A DNA stretch of 64,000 nt from an uncultured Bifidobacterium sp. (GCA_964556145.1 CAZKVD010000001.1:8379-72378); one strand, 5' to 3'; positions 16,919 through 26,312 are shown, numbered from the stretch's first letter. The notes: generated from the letters alone by a model not told the origin. Program-made: numbers and translations.

Positions 16919-17821
16919 TCAGTCGATGAGGGCTGTTCCCGATACGACGATCTCGTTCGGGGTGGGGTCGTTGCGCCGCAGCCATACGTTGACTTTTCGT
17001 ACAGGAGAGCCGGCGAACGTGTCGGTTCCGATGACTTCGCCGCCCGCCACGACGCAATCGCCGTCGAACACGGGGCGGTGGAAAGCCACGGTGAGACGGC
17101 GCACACACCCTGCGCCGGCGAAGCCGTGCAGCGCATTGACGATGTAGCTGAGGTTCAGCGGACCCTGGTTGATCACGCGGCCACCGAGGCCCATCTCGGT
17201 TGTTGCTGCGCGGTCCCAGTGCACGCGGTACGGGTCGCGCAGAATCGCGGCCATTGTTTTCATGCGTTGCGCATCGACGGAGTCAACGGCGAACTCGGGC
17301 AACTGCTGTGTGGCAATTGCATCGTCCTGCACGGTCTTTTCGGCCGGTTTCTTGTACGCAGCCGTTGCGTGCTGACGACGGAAACGCCACGAGTTGGTGA
17401 CGCGCGCGACGAGTTCGTTTCCGGCGTTCACGTCGCGCAGTTCGATCGAGAACTTCATCGCGTCGTAGGCGTTGCCCTTGTCGTCGACCATGTGCTCCCA
17501 GTGAACGATCGAACCCTGCACGTCGTATTCGGTCTCGATGCGCGGTGGCGAGAAGTACTCCCAGTCGTAGCCGTCGAGGCCGACCGAGCCCGGACCCTCG
17601 GCACCGCACACCTCGAAGAGCTTCGCGATGTTGATGCCCGAACCGAGGATCGGCACGTGGAAAAGTGCGACGGGGTGCACGAGGCGGTCGGGCAATTGCT
17701 CGGCCGTCGTGCAGTCGGTGAGGAGGAAGTTCTCCCAATGGGCAATCGTGTACCGTCCACCTGGGAAGCGGTAGCCGAGGATCTCGTTGTCGGGAAGCCC
17801 CGAGCGTTCCGTCGTAGTCAT
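16919..17821 (-). CDS. double hot-dog fold MaoC-like (R)-hydratase/dehydratase
   Basis: 300 aa. The C-terminal half has a MaoC-like pattern (RVHWD...GRVINQGPL) and the N-terminal half is hot-dog-like. Confidence 0.65.
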   Translation of the reverse strand: MTTTERSGLPDNEILGYRFPGGRYTIAHWENFLLTDCTTAEQLPDRLVHPVALFHVPILGSGINIAKLFEVCGAEGPGSVGLDGYDWEYFSPPRIETEYDVQGSIVHWEHMVDDKGNAYDAMKFSIELRDVNAGNELVARVTNSWRFRRQHATAAYKKPAEKTVQDDAIATQQLPEFAVDSVDAQRMKTMAAILRDPYRVHWDRAATTEMGLGGRVINQGPLNLSYIVNALHGFAGAGCVRRLTVAFHRPVFDGDCVVAGGEVIGTDTFAGSPVRKVNVWLRRNDPTPNEIVVSGTALID

Positions 17822-17836
17822 AAAGGGGAGTTTGAC

Positions 17837-18649
17837 ATGTCATCGAAGGTCTCGCGCACGCACACTCCGGTCGACCCGGCCGATGCGAACGTCATGGAGT
17901 TGTTCCGCATGGACGGCATGGTCGCCGTCGTCACGGGTGCAGGGCGCGGAATCGGCCGCGGAATTGCGCTGGCTTTCGCCGATGCCGGTGCAACCGTGGT
18001 GTTGACCGCACGTCGCGAGCACGAGCTCGACGAGGTTGCCGAGCGCATCGCCGAGCGCGGGCAGAAGTCGATGAAGGTTGTCGCCGACATCACCCAGCCC
18101 GACACGATTCCCACCATCGTCGACCGGGCGATGAACGAACTCGGTTCGATCGACACCTGGGTCAGCAACGCAGGCACCTCCGACTATCCGGGCAACTTTG
18201 CCTTCGAGGACTTTCCCGATTGGCACTGGGACAACCAGATCGCCCTCAACCTGCGCCCGCACTTCGTTGCGGCGCGTGCATGTGCGGCCGTCATGAAGCC
18301 CGGTTCGACACTCATCGGTATCTCGTCGATCGCGTCGTTGAAGCCGGCGGTCAACTTCGCCGCCTACGGTGCGGCCAAGTCGGGCATGAACTCGCTGTCG
18401 CTCACTCTTGCCACGGAATTGGGCCCGAAGGGCATCCGCTCGAACTGCATCTCGCCCGGCACGGTTCCCACCGAGGCGACAAAGACCGTTGGTCACGTCA
18501 CCGATGCGCAACTCGAGGCCACCGCGGTGCGCGTGCCGATTCGTCGTCTCGGTACGCCGACCGACTGCGGTGCAGCCGCCGTCTGGCTGGCGTCACCCGC
18601 AGGTTCGTGGATCACGGGTCAGAACATCGTGGTGTCCGGCGGCGCCTGA
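17837..18649 (+). CDS. short-chain dehydrogenase/reductase (SDR)
   Basis: C-terminal part of ORF 16784..18649, with ATG 17837 after AAAGGGGAG. Motifs TGAGRGIG and YGAAK. Confidence 0.9.
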   Translation: MSSKVSRTHTPVDPADANVMELFRMDGMVAVVTGAGRGIGRGIALAFADAGATVVLTARREHELDEVAERIAERGQKSMKVVADITQPDTIPTIVDRAMNELGSIDTWVSNAGTSDYPGNFAFEDFPDWHWDNQIALNLRPHFVAARACAAVMKPGSTLIGISSIASLKPAVNFAAYGAAKSGMNSLSLTLATELGPKGIRSNCISPGTVPTEATKTVGHVTDAQLEATAVRVPIRRLGTPTDCGAAAVWLASPAGSWITGQNIVVSGGA

Positions 18650-18900
18650 GCGCCGGCCACACGCACGCGTTTCACCCGAGCTTTTTCACCCGACGCCAGC
18701 GTCACCGCCGACACCCGTACGCCGAACCATTCGGCGACGAAGCGCACCAGTTCGTCGTTTGCCTTGCCTTCGACGGCTGGTGCGGCCAAACGGATGCGCA
18801 CGCAGTCGTTGATCTCACCGGCGACTGCCGACTTCTTGGCACCCGGCACGGCACGCACGGAAACTTCGACACCGCCGTCAACGACGCGCCACCAGGTCAC
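18619..18900 (-). CDS. DUF167 (YggU-like) protein
   Basis: 93 aa. VRAVPGAKKSAV...RIRLAAPAVEGKANDELVRFVA is characteristic of DUF167. Confidence 0.7.
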   Translation of the reverse strand: MTWWRVVDGGVEVSVRAVPGAKKSAVAGEINDCVRIRLAAPAVEGKANDELVRFVAEWFGVRVSAVTLASGEKARVKRVRVAGAQAPPDTTMF

Positions 18901-18913
18901 GTTGCTTCGCGAA

Positions 18914-20224
18914 TCAGAACGTGACGGGAAGGTTCCAGCAGGCGTGCATTTCGCCCCATGCCTTGCACTTCATCACCGGGCTCGCCCCTGCTGCCAACTT
19001 GATGTTGGGCAACATTTCCAGCACGACCTGTGATGCAGTGGTGACGGTGTCGCGCGTGATCGCGTAGAGCGAACGCGGCCGGCCCACCGGCAGGGCGGGA
19101 AACTTCGACGGCGTGCCGAGTGCAGGAGTGATGCCCGCCGGCAGGCCGTCGGCGCGGTATTGGCCGCGGGGTTCGCGTTGCACCAAGTCCTTTCGGCCGA
19201 CGATGAACTGATCGGGGTCCTTGAAGATGCGTTCGTCGCGGTTGGCCGCACCGGCCGAACAGATGACGAGTGCGCCCTCGGGGATGAGCAGGCCGAATCG
19301 TTCCACCTCGCGCCGCGCGAACCGATCGGCGCTGATGACCGGGGTCGAGTGGCGGACGGTCTCGAGGTACGCGTACTTCACCAGGCGGCGTTCGCCACGC
19401 ACGGATTCCAGTTGATCGGGGTGCGTGAGGAGAAGCATCCACAGGTTGGCAAGAGCTCCGTGCAGTGTTTCGTGGTCGCCCTCGAGCAGCGTTGCAACGA
19501 CGTCGTGCGCGGTGGTTGCGGGTCCGTCGACTTCAAGCGTTGCAATTGCCGAGAGCCAGTCGTCTTGCGGGTCGTTGCGACGTTTGTCGAGAAGCGGCGT
19601 GAAGTAGTCGACCAGTTCGCGCATTGCGCGCGTGCCCGACGCCTGGTTGGTGGGGTGCCAACGCCAGCCGCGCTGCATGCGCAGGTAACGCTCGGCGAAC
19701 TGTGCAAGGTCGGCATCGGGGATGCCGATGGTGCGACCGAGAACGAGAAGAGGAAACGGTGCGGCGAAGTCTGCGACCAGGTCGGCCTTGCCGTTCTTTG
19801 CGAATCCGGCAATCAGTTCCTCGGCGGCCGATTGGGCGTTGGCATCGATTCCCTTTGCCTGTGCCGTCAACACCGGGACCTGGTTGCGCAGATCACGGCC
19901 GAAGTCGTTCAGGTGGTAGTGCCAGCGCTTCGAGCGCGATGCGAAGTTCGCCGAGTCTGTGAGAATCGATGTGACGTCGTTGTAGTGGGTGACCCAGAAA
20001 CAGTTCCCCGGCCAGTCGCGCCAGGCGGGTCCGTATGCACGAAGTTTGGCGAGCAGCGAATACGGATCGTCGAGGTATTCCTGCGTGCGCATCTGGCCGG
20101 GCTTGACGGGCGGTGGCGCACCGACGCGTTCGCGTTGGAACACCTCGTAACTGCGATAGCCGGCTTCGTCGTCGCCGCGTTCACTTGCGAGTGTGTCGTT
20201 CTCGTTGTCCGAGCTGTAGGTCAT
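18914..20224 (-). CDS. cytochrome P450-like protein lacking the canonical Cys-ligand loop
   Basis: ORF 18914..20296, start taken at MTYSSDNE. I-helix-like EGDHET and ExxR (ETVRHS) are present. Where FxxGxxxCxG is expected, the sequence reads FPALPVGRPRSLYA. Confidence 0.7.
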   Translation of the reverse strand: MTYSSDNENDTLASERGDDEAGYRSYEVFQRERVGAPPPVKPGQMRTQEYLDDPYSLLAKLRAYGPAWRDWPGNCFWVTHYNDVTSILTDSANFASRSKRWHYHLNDFGRDLRNQVPVLTAQAKGIDANAQSAAEELIAGFAKNGKADLVADFAAPFPLLVLGRTIGIPDADLAQFAERYLRMQRGWRWHPTNQASGTRAMRELVDYFTPLLDKRRNDPQDDWLSAIATLEVDGPATTAHDVVATLLEGDHETLHGALANLWMLLLTHPDQLESVRGERRLVKYAYLETVRHSTPVISADRFARREVERFGLLIPEGALVICSAGAANRDERIFKDPDQFIVGRKDLVQREPRGQYRADGLPAGITPALGTPSKFPALPVGRPRSLYAITRDTVTTASQVVLEMLPNIKLAAGASPVMKCKAWGEMHACWNLPVTF

Positions 20225-20225
20225 C

Positions 20226-21668
20226 TCAGGCCTTTTCGAACTCGAGCCACAGCTCGTTGATTGCACCGAGACCGATGGGTGCAAGCGACACGCCATCGAT
20301 GTCCTTGGGCATGCGGTCCTCGACGATGGCGACGTTCTTCACGCGCTTCGACATGATGTTCGAGCCGATCGAAGCCTCTTGGTGTGAAATCCAGGCTCCC
20401 GGGCACAGGTGCGGGCCCACACCGAAGGCCATGTGGTTGCACTTGCCCTCTTTGCGGTAGCCGGCACGCACGATTTTCTCGGTGTAGAGGTCGTTGCGGA
20501 AGATGTCGAACTTTTCGGGCTCGCTGAACACTCGCGGGTCGTGGTTGGCGGCCCAGTCGACCATGTTCATCAACGAACCGGCGGGAATCTTCAGCCCGTG
20601 CATTTCGATGTCGAAGGTGTTGTGGCGCGGCTGGCCACCGATCGACGACGAGTGGCGCAACGTCTCGTGGAATGCGGCGTCCCACAACGAGTCGTCGGCG
20701 AGCACCGCCGACATCTGGGTGGGGTGCTGCAGCAACAGGTACCACATGTTCAGAATTGCGCCGCGTGTCGTTTCGCCACCACCACCGACGATCAGTGCAA
20801 TGTTCGACGTGATCTCTTCGGTCGAGAGATAGTCGCCGTCGATCACGGTTTGGCACAGTTCGGAGATGATGTCGGGTGCGACCTGGTTTCCGTTGTCGTC
20901 GAGAAGGTATTGCGGTGAAGTGCGGCGCTGTTCGACGATTTCTTCGACGAAATCCTCGAGGTCCTGACGCGCCATCAAGCCCTTTTGCTCGAAGTCACGG
21001 CCACCGATGCCGCCCATCATGTTCTTGTACCAGTAGAAGAAGCGGTCCTGGGCATCGTCGGGGAAGCCGAGCACCTGGCACACCACGCGGATGGGGAAGT
21101 CGTTGGCGAATGCACGGCCGAGTTCGATCACGTATTTGCCCGTTGCCGGGTCGTATTCCGATACGCCCGACGCCGGGTCGAACCATGCGTCGATCATGTC
21201 GTTGGCCATCTTGCAGATTGCACCGAACCGTTTGGTCAGTGCACTGCCGACGAGATGGCGTCCGTAGAGATTGCGTCGGCGGCTGTGTTCGATACCGCTC
21301 AGTTCCAATTGTGTGTTGCCGAGAACGTGATTCGAACTGCCCTTGGGAATGGTGTTGAAACCAAGGCCGTCGAAGTACGCATCGTTGACGTCGGCGTAGC
21401 GCGTGACGAAGTAGCAGTTGTTCAACTTGTCGTGGAAGACCGGATAGTGGTCCTGCATGATGTGGTAGTAGGGGTACGGGTTGCGCTGGAATTCGCGCGA
21501 ACCGAAAATGCGCGGGTCGATCAACGGCACGCCGTTTTCATCGCGACCCATGTCGCACGCGGTGCCAAGGGGCATCAGCGGAAAATCGATCTGCTCGGTC
21601 GACGCGTGTTGCGCACCGATCTCGAAGGCTCCACTGACTGCACTTTTCAGGTTTTCGGTCAACGACAT
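20226..21668 (-). CDS. cytochrome P450 monooxygenase
   Basis: 480 aa with ETLRHS (ExxR) and the canonical heme loop FGVGPHLCPG. Its stop lies 1 nt before the start of the next P450-like gene. Confidence 0.9.
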   Translation of the reverse strand: MSLTENLKSAVSGAFEIGAQHASTEQIDFPLMPLGTACDMGRDENGVPLIDPRIFGSREFQRNPYPYYHIMQDHYPVFHDKLNNCYFVTRYADVNDAYFDGLGFNTIPKGSSNHVLGNTQLELSGIEHSRRRNLYGRHLVGSALTKRFGAICKMANDMIDAWFDPASGVSEYDPATGKYVIELGRAFANDFPIRVVCQVLGFPDDAQDRFFYWYKNMMGGIGGRDFEQKGLMARQDLEDFVEEIVEQRRTSPQYLLDDNGNQVAPDIISELCQTVIDGDYLSTEEITSNIALIVGGGGETTRGAILNMWYLLLQHPTQMSAVLADDSLWDAAFHETLRHSSSIGGQPRHNTFDIEMHGLKIPAGSLMNMVDWAANHDPRVFSEPEKFDIFRNDLYTEKIVRAGYRKEGKCNHMAFGVGPHLCPGAWISHQEASIGSNIMSKRVKNVAIVEDRMPKDIDGVSLAPIGLGAINELWLEFEKA

Positions 21669-21747
21669 GATTCCCCCCGGTCGGTCGACTCGTCTCCACT
21701 ATATGAGGACGGAAATCCGGGTCTCGGAGTCGGACTAACTTCGACCC

Positions 21748-22611
21748 ATGGGCACAACATTGAAGGGGCGCCGGGCGCTCGTCACCGGGGCAGCAGCAGG
21801 ACTCGGCAGGGCATATGCGGCGGCACTCGCACAAGCGGGTGCCGATGTCGCAATCTGTGACGTCAATGATTCCGTGACTGTTCTCGGCAACGAACTCGGC
21901 GCGCTGGGTGTCAACGTCTGGGCGCAGGTTGCCGACGTTGCGAACCCGAGCGACGTGAAATCGTTCGTCGACGGTGCGGCGCAGAAGCTGGGAGGACTCG
22001 ACATCGTGGTGTCGAATGCCGGTGTGGTTCGCGTGACGAACCCGGCGAAGGACGACTACGACAAGGCCATCGACGACTTCACGTTCATGATGGACGTGAA
22101 CCTTCGCGGCGTGTACCTCACGGGTCGTGCGGCGATTCCGTATTTGGTCAGGAACGGCGGCGACCTCATCAACGTGACGACCGATCACATCCACACGTGC
22201 GGATGGCCCGAGGTGCACTCGCATGACGACGCCCAGTTGTGTGCATGGAAAGACGTGCAGCGCTCGGCCGTGGGCGGGCCGGGTTTCGACGTGTACGACG
22301 CATCGAAGTGGGCGATCAAGGGTTTCACCAACGCGTGGGCCCGCGCACTTGCCCCGCACAAGGTGCGCGTGAACTCGTTCGGCATGGGGGCAACCGCAAC
22401 GCCGATGTACCTCGGTTTTCTCGGTGACCGCGCTCCCGCACCGGGTGTGATGACCCCCGAGGGCGTGGCATCGGTGCTCATCGACCTCATCAACGAGGGC
22501 CCGTCGGGTCGTACCGGCGACTGCATTCAGCTGTGGGCCGGCCACCCAACCGTTCTGCCGCCGCCGATGCTCGACGGAATTCTCTGCGCCGCCGATCTGG
22601 CGCGGAACTGA
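21748..22611 (+). CDS. short-chain dehydrogenase/reductase (SDR)
   Basis: Motifs TGAAAGLG and YDASK. Confidence 0.85.
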   Translation: MGTTLKGRRALVTGAAAGLGRAYAAALAQAGADVAICDVNDSVTVLGNELGALGVNVWAQVADVANPSDVKSFVDGAAQKLGGLDIVVSNAGVVRVTNPAKDDYDKAIDDFTFMMDVNLRGVYLTGRAAIPYLVRNGGDLINVTTDHIHTCGWPEVHSHDDAQLCAWKDVQRSAVGGPGFDVYDASKWAIKGFTNAWARALAPHKVRVNSFGMGATATPMYLGFLGDRAPAPGVMTPEGVASVLIDLINEGPSGRTGDCIQLWAGHPTVLPPPMLDGILCAADLARN

Positions 22612-22624
22612 CTCGGAGGATCAC

Positions 22625-23062
22625 GTGTCGGGAAACGATCTCGCCTCGATTCGGGCCGCAGCCACCGCCCTCAGTCCGTGGGCACACATCGCCACGATCG
22701 GCCGTGACGGTCGACCCGACGTGGTTCCCGTTCATCCGTGCTGGGAAGGCGACACGTTGTGGATCATGATCGGGATGGATTCGGTCAAGGCAAAGAATGT
22801 GCGTCACAACAACCACGTTGCGCTGCATTGGCAGGTGACTGAAAAAGGTGACGGTGTCGAGATTTGGGGCACCGCGTCGCTGCACTCCGACATCGACACC
22901 AAGCGGCGTCTGTGGAACGGTGTCTTCGATTACGACCTCAATGCATTTGCACCGGGAGGGCCCGACAATTCGCCCGGAGCCGGGTTCATGCGTGTCGATC
23001 CCTACCGTGCGCTTCACCTGCCCGCATACGGAATGGGGGGTCGCTTCGAATGGCGCGCTTGA
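22625..23062 (+). CDS. pyridoxamine 5'-phosphate oxidase-family (split-barrel, possibly F420/FMN-binding) protein
   Basis: 145 aa. ATIGRDGRPDVVPVHP...VALHW is typical of PPOX-class proteins. Confidence 0.65.
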   Translation: MSGNDLASIRAAATALSPWAHIATIGRDGRPDVVPVHPCWEGDTLWIMIGMDSVKAKNVRHNNHVALHWQVTEKGDGVEIWGTASLHSDIDTKRRLWNGVFDYDLNAFAPGGPDNSPGAGFMRVDPYRALHLPAYGMGGRFEWRA

Positions 23063-23838
23063 CCACACTCAGCAGGTCGGTTGCCGGCAAGACGGTCATT
23101 GTCACCGGTGCTGCAAGTGGCATGGGGAGAGCAACCGCCCATCTGTTCGCCGACGAGGGAGCACATGTCGTCGTTGCCGACATTGGCGCCGACCGTGTCG
23201 CCTACGTCGTCAACGAGATCAGCGCGGCACACGGTTCCGAATGCGTTCTTGGTGTCCCCACCGACGTGACGAATGACGAACAACGACGCGCGCTGGTCGA
23301 TGCGACGGTGAACCGTTTCGGCGAGATCAACATCCTCGTCAACAACGCGGGTATCAGCCGCGCGTCGTCGGTCTTTGCCCGTGACGGCGAATTCACCGAT
23401 GCGTGGAATGCAACCCTTGCGGTGAACCTCAGTGCTTACGCACACCTCGTTCGCCTCGTTGTGCCGCACATGCAGGCTGCGGGCGGTGGCCGCATCGTGA
23501 ACGTTGCATCGACCGAGGCGATCGTTGCCACGCCCGGCCTTGCCGCTTATTCGGCCGCCAAACACGGCGTCGTCGGCTTGACGAAGAGCCTCGCAGCAGA
23601 GTTGGGGCGCCGCGGCATCAATGTGAATGCCGTTTGTCCCGGACCGATCAACACGGCGATGACTTCTGCCATTCCCGACGAGTCGAAGACGATCTACGCC
23701 AAGCGCAAGGTTCCCTTGCGGCGGTACGGAGAACCCGAAGAGGTGGCACAGATGACCCTGAGCGCATGTCTTCCCGCCGCCAGTTTCCTGAACGGTGCGA
23801 GCATCGTCGTCGACGGTGGCATGACGATCCTGCATTGA
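23050..23838 (+). CDS. short-chain dehydrogenase/reductase (SDR)
   Basis: ORF 22864..23838, start taken at MARLTTLS. Motifs TGAASGMG, NNAG and YSAAK. Confidence 0.9.
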   Translation: MARLTTLSRSVAGKTVIVTGAASGMGRATAHLFADEGAHVVVADIGADRVAYVVNEISAAHGSECVLGVPTDVTNDEQRRALVDATVNRFGEINILVNNAGISRASSVFARDGEFTDAWNATLAVNLSAYAHLVRLVVPHMQAAGGGRIVNVASTEAIVATPGLAAYSAAKHGVVGLTKSLAAELGRRGINVNAVCPGPINTAMTSAIPDESKTIYAKRKVPLRRYGEPEEVAQMTLSACLPAASFLNGASIVVDGGMTILH

Positions 23839-23880
23839 CCGGGATGATCCTGCATTGATAGGGCATGAAAGAGTGGCGAC

Positions 23881-24120
23881 GTGGCCCGACACAACGAGAA
23901 GAACGAAGTACCGGCCCGACGCCTGATCGGCGCCAAGCAAGTGGCGTGGGCGGTCGTCGCGGTCGTCGCCGTTTTGTTTCTTGTGCTGAACAATGAAAAG
24001 ACTGAGATCAATTTTCTCGTCGCCTCTCCGGAGTGGCCGATGTGGGCGATGGTTGTCGCATCGATGTGTCTCGGGTTTCTTCTCGCCAAGTTGACGGGTT
24101 GGCGACGCAGGGACGACTGA
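23881..24120 (+). CDS. small membrane protein, LapA/DUF1049-like
   Basis: 79 aa with two TM helices and a basic C-terminus (GWRRRDD). Confidence 0.5.
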   Translation: MARHNEKNEVPARRLIGAKQVAWAVVAVVAVLFLVLNNEKTEINFLVASPEWPMWAMVVASMCLGFLLAKLTGWRRRDD

Positions 24121-24140
24121 TCGATGGCGGGCGGAATTTC

Positions 24141-24155
24141 TTCAATTTGATTGAA
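24141..24155. promoter_or_regulatory. AT-rich palindrome TTCAAT-TTG-ATTGAA, candidate TetR operator
   Basis: Read directly from the sequence. Sits in an AT-rich island about 25 nt upstream of the TetR start, and GAATTTC is directly repeated at 24134 and 24153. Confidence 0.5.
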
Positions 24156-24176
24156 TTTCAATTAGGTTACGGAGAC

Positions 24177-24797
24177 ATGAAGACCCGTTCGGCACTTGCC
24201 CAAGCGACGATTGATCGCATCGTCGATGCCACGATCGCTGCAATCGATGCCGGCGGCGAACCATCGTTGCGTGTCAACGACATCGCGCGCGACAGCGAAG
24301 TCTCGGTTGCAACGCTCTACCACTACTTCGGCGACCGTGAGGGCCTTGTCGTTGCCGCGCGGCTCAAACAGTATGCGGGCAGCACCGGCGTCTACTTCGA
24401 TGAGTTCGCCAAGGCAGCGGACGCAACATCGAATGCCACCGAGTTCGCAACACTCGTTCGTCGGTTCTTCGAACATGCCGTTGCCGAGTCGAACCGTTCG
24501 ACCCGTTTCCTGCGCGCCGAGATCATTGGTTCGTCGCGAACCCGTCCGCAACTTGCCGCGTCGCTCCGCGAAATTCAGGTCGACCATGTCGAACGGCTCG
24601 CCGATGTGTTCCAACGCGCACGCGAGCGCGGGTTCGTGACCAGAGCGATCGCCCCCCGCGACGTCGCCGAATTTGCGTTGGTGATGCACGTCGGGTCGGT
24701 GCTTCCCGACCTCATCGCCGGCGAAGGGCAGGTCTCGACCTCGCTCAGCCGCGTGCTCGCCGAGCTCATCGACTCGGTTCTCGTCACCACGGCCTGA
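24177..24797 (+). CDS. TetR-family transcriptional regulator
   Basis: ORF 24033..24797, start taken at MKTRSALAQ after GGAGAC. HTH LRVNDIARDSEVSVATLYHYF. Confidence 0.9.
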   Translation: MKTRSALAQATIDRIVDATIAAIDAGGEPSLRVNDIARDSEVSVATLYHYFGDREGLVVAARLKQYAGSTGVYFDEFAKAADATSNATEFATLVRRFFEHAVAESNRSTRFLRAEIIGSSRTRPQLAASLREIQVDHVERLADVFQRARERGFVTRAIAPRDVAEFALVMHVGSVLPDLIAGEGQVSTSLSRVLAELIDSVLVTTA

Positions 24798-24853
24798 ACC
24801 GCCGCGGGTCTCCGCCTCTCGGGGCATCCCCGCTGCTGGGTTACCCTCTGCCC

Positions 24854-26251
24854 ATGGAGCAGACACTTCCCGACCCGAACCTTGCCAAGGGCGAACATCG
24901 TTGCCCGGGGGAGTCGTACCAGGACGTACTTCGTCGCGACGAAACCGGCGCACCACCGCAGATGTTGACCGAGTCGTACCAGTTCCTCGGCGACGAGCGC
25001 ATCGGGTTCTATCGCTACACGTCGAAAGAGTTCCTCGATCTCGAGTTCGAAAAAGTGTGGTCGAAGGTGTGGCAGTGGGCGTGTCGGGAAGAGCACATTC
25101 CGAACGTCGGCGACTACTACGTCTATGACATCGGCCATCGTTCGATCATCATCGTTCGCGGTGACGACGGAAAGATCCGCGCGGTCGACAACTTCTGCGG
25201 TCACCGTGGAACGCAGTTGAAGCCTTCATGGGACAACGGCAACGCAAACCGTTTCACCTGCCGCTTCCACGGCTGGGCATGGTCGACGAACGGCAACATT
25301 GCATCGGTTCCGTGCCGTTGGGACTTTCCCGGATGGTCCGACGACGACCTCAAGTTGCCGTCAATTCAGGTCGATACCTGGGGTGGATTCGTGTGGGTCA
25401 ACTTCGACAAGGACGCTGCACCGCTGCGCGAATACCTGGGGATCATGCCCGAGCACTTCGTCGGGAACTGGGATCTTTCCGACCGTTACCTCGAGCTGCA
25501 CCTCCGCAAACGCTTGCCCGCCAACTGGAAGGCGTCGATGGGTGCCTTCCTCGAGGCTTACCACGTGTACAAGACGCACCCCGAGGGCCTTCGTGCGACG
25601 GGTGATGCCAACGCGCAGTACGACGTGTTCGGTGAGAACGTCTCGAGGTTCATGCACTCGTCGGGCACGCAGAGCCCGCACATCGAGCGCAAGCAGACCG
25701 AGCAGGAAATCCTGAACTTCGTGCTTCGCCGCCGTTACGGCAATCCCGACGACGTGCCGAAGATTCCCGAGGGCAAGACCGCCCGCGACGTCTACTACAA
25801 GATCGTCCAGGATGAATTGAAGCAGCGCTTCAACCACGACTTCTCCGACTTCAAGGTTGCCGAGACTCTCGACTCGATCGAGTACTTCGTGTTTCCGAAC
25901 GCGTTCTTCTTTCCGGGCGCCGCGCGGCCGATGGTGTACCGCTTCCTGCCGCATCCCACCGATCCCGATGAGTGCATCTTCGAACTGTTGTTCCTGCGCT
26001 TTGCACCCGATGGCCAGGAAGCACCGCCACCGGCGAAGCCCTACGACGTCGATGTCAACGAGAGCTACATGTCGGCACCGGGAATGGAAAAGGGCCTTGG
26101 TTTCGTTTACGACCAGGACACCGACAACCTCGCGGCACAGCAACGTGGGTTCAAGGGAAGCCTGCGGGGCGGCGAAGTTCTCGGCAACTATCAAGAGGTT
26201 CGCGTGCGTCACGTGCACCAGATCATCGACAAATATCTGTCGATGCCCTGA
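24854..26251 (+). CDS. Rieske [2Fe-2S] non-heme-iron oxygenase, alpha subunit
   Basis: Rieske motif CGHRG...CRFHGW. Mononuclear-iron motif EAYHVYKTH. Confidence 0.9.
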   Translation: MEQTLPDPNLAKGEHRCPGESYQDVLRRDETGAPPQMLTESYQFLGDERIGFYRYTSKEFLDLEFEKVWSKVWQWACREEHIPNVGDYYVYDIGHRSIIIVRGDDGKIRAVDNFCGHRGTQLKPSWDNGNANRFTCRFHGWAWSTNGNIASVPCRWDFPGWSDDDLKLPSIQVDTWGGFVWVNFDKDAAPLREYLGIMPEHFVGNWDLSDRYLELHLRKRLPANWKASMGAFLEAYHVYKTHPEGLRATGDANAQYDVFGENVSRFMHSSGTQSPHIERKQTEQEILNFVLRRRYGNPDDVPKIPEGKTARDVYYKIVQDELKQRFNHDFSDFKVAETLDSIEYFVFPNAFFFPGAARPMVYRFLPHPTDPDECIFELLFLRFAPDGQEAPPPAKPYDVDVNESYMSAPGMEKGLGFVYDQDTDNLAAQQRGFKGSLRGGEVLGNYQEVRVRHVHQIIDKYLSMP

Positions 26252-26273
26252 TCGCGAATCGGGCTCGTAAGAA

Positions 26274-26305
26274 AACCCGAAGAATTCGGGTTCGCGACTT
26301 TTTCG
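26274..26305 (+). terminator. intrinsic terminator after the Rieske oxygenase gene
   Basis: AACCCGAA-gaa-TTCGGGTT followed by CGCGACTTTTTCG. Confidence 0.6.
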
Positions 26306-26312
26306 TGTCGGG

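Noticed and set aside
16784-17836. First 351 codons of the 621-aa ORF 16784..18649
   Set aside because: It is antisense to the MaoC-like gene and has no domain features. The SDR begins at ATG 17837 with a good RBS and a normal N-terminus ahead of the TGxxxGIG motif.
21538-22545. 335-aa minus-strand ORF
   Set aside because: It is antisense to the SDR gene 21748..22611 and overlaps the P450 5' end. Its composition is Arg/His/Val-rich.
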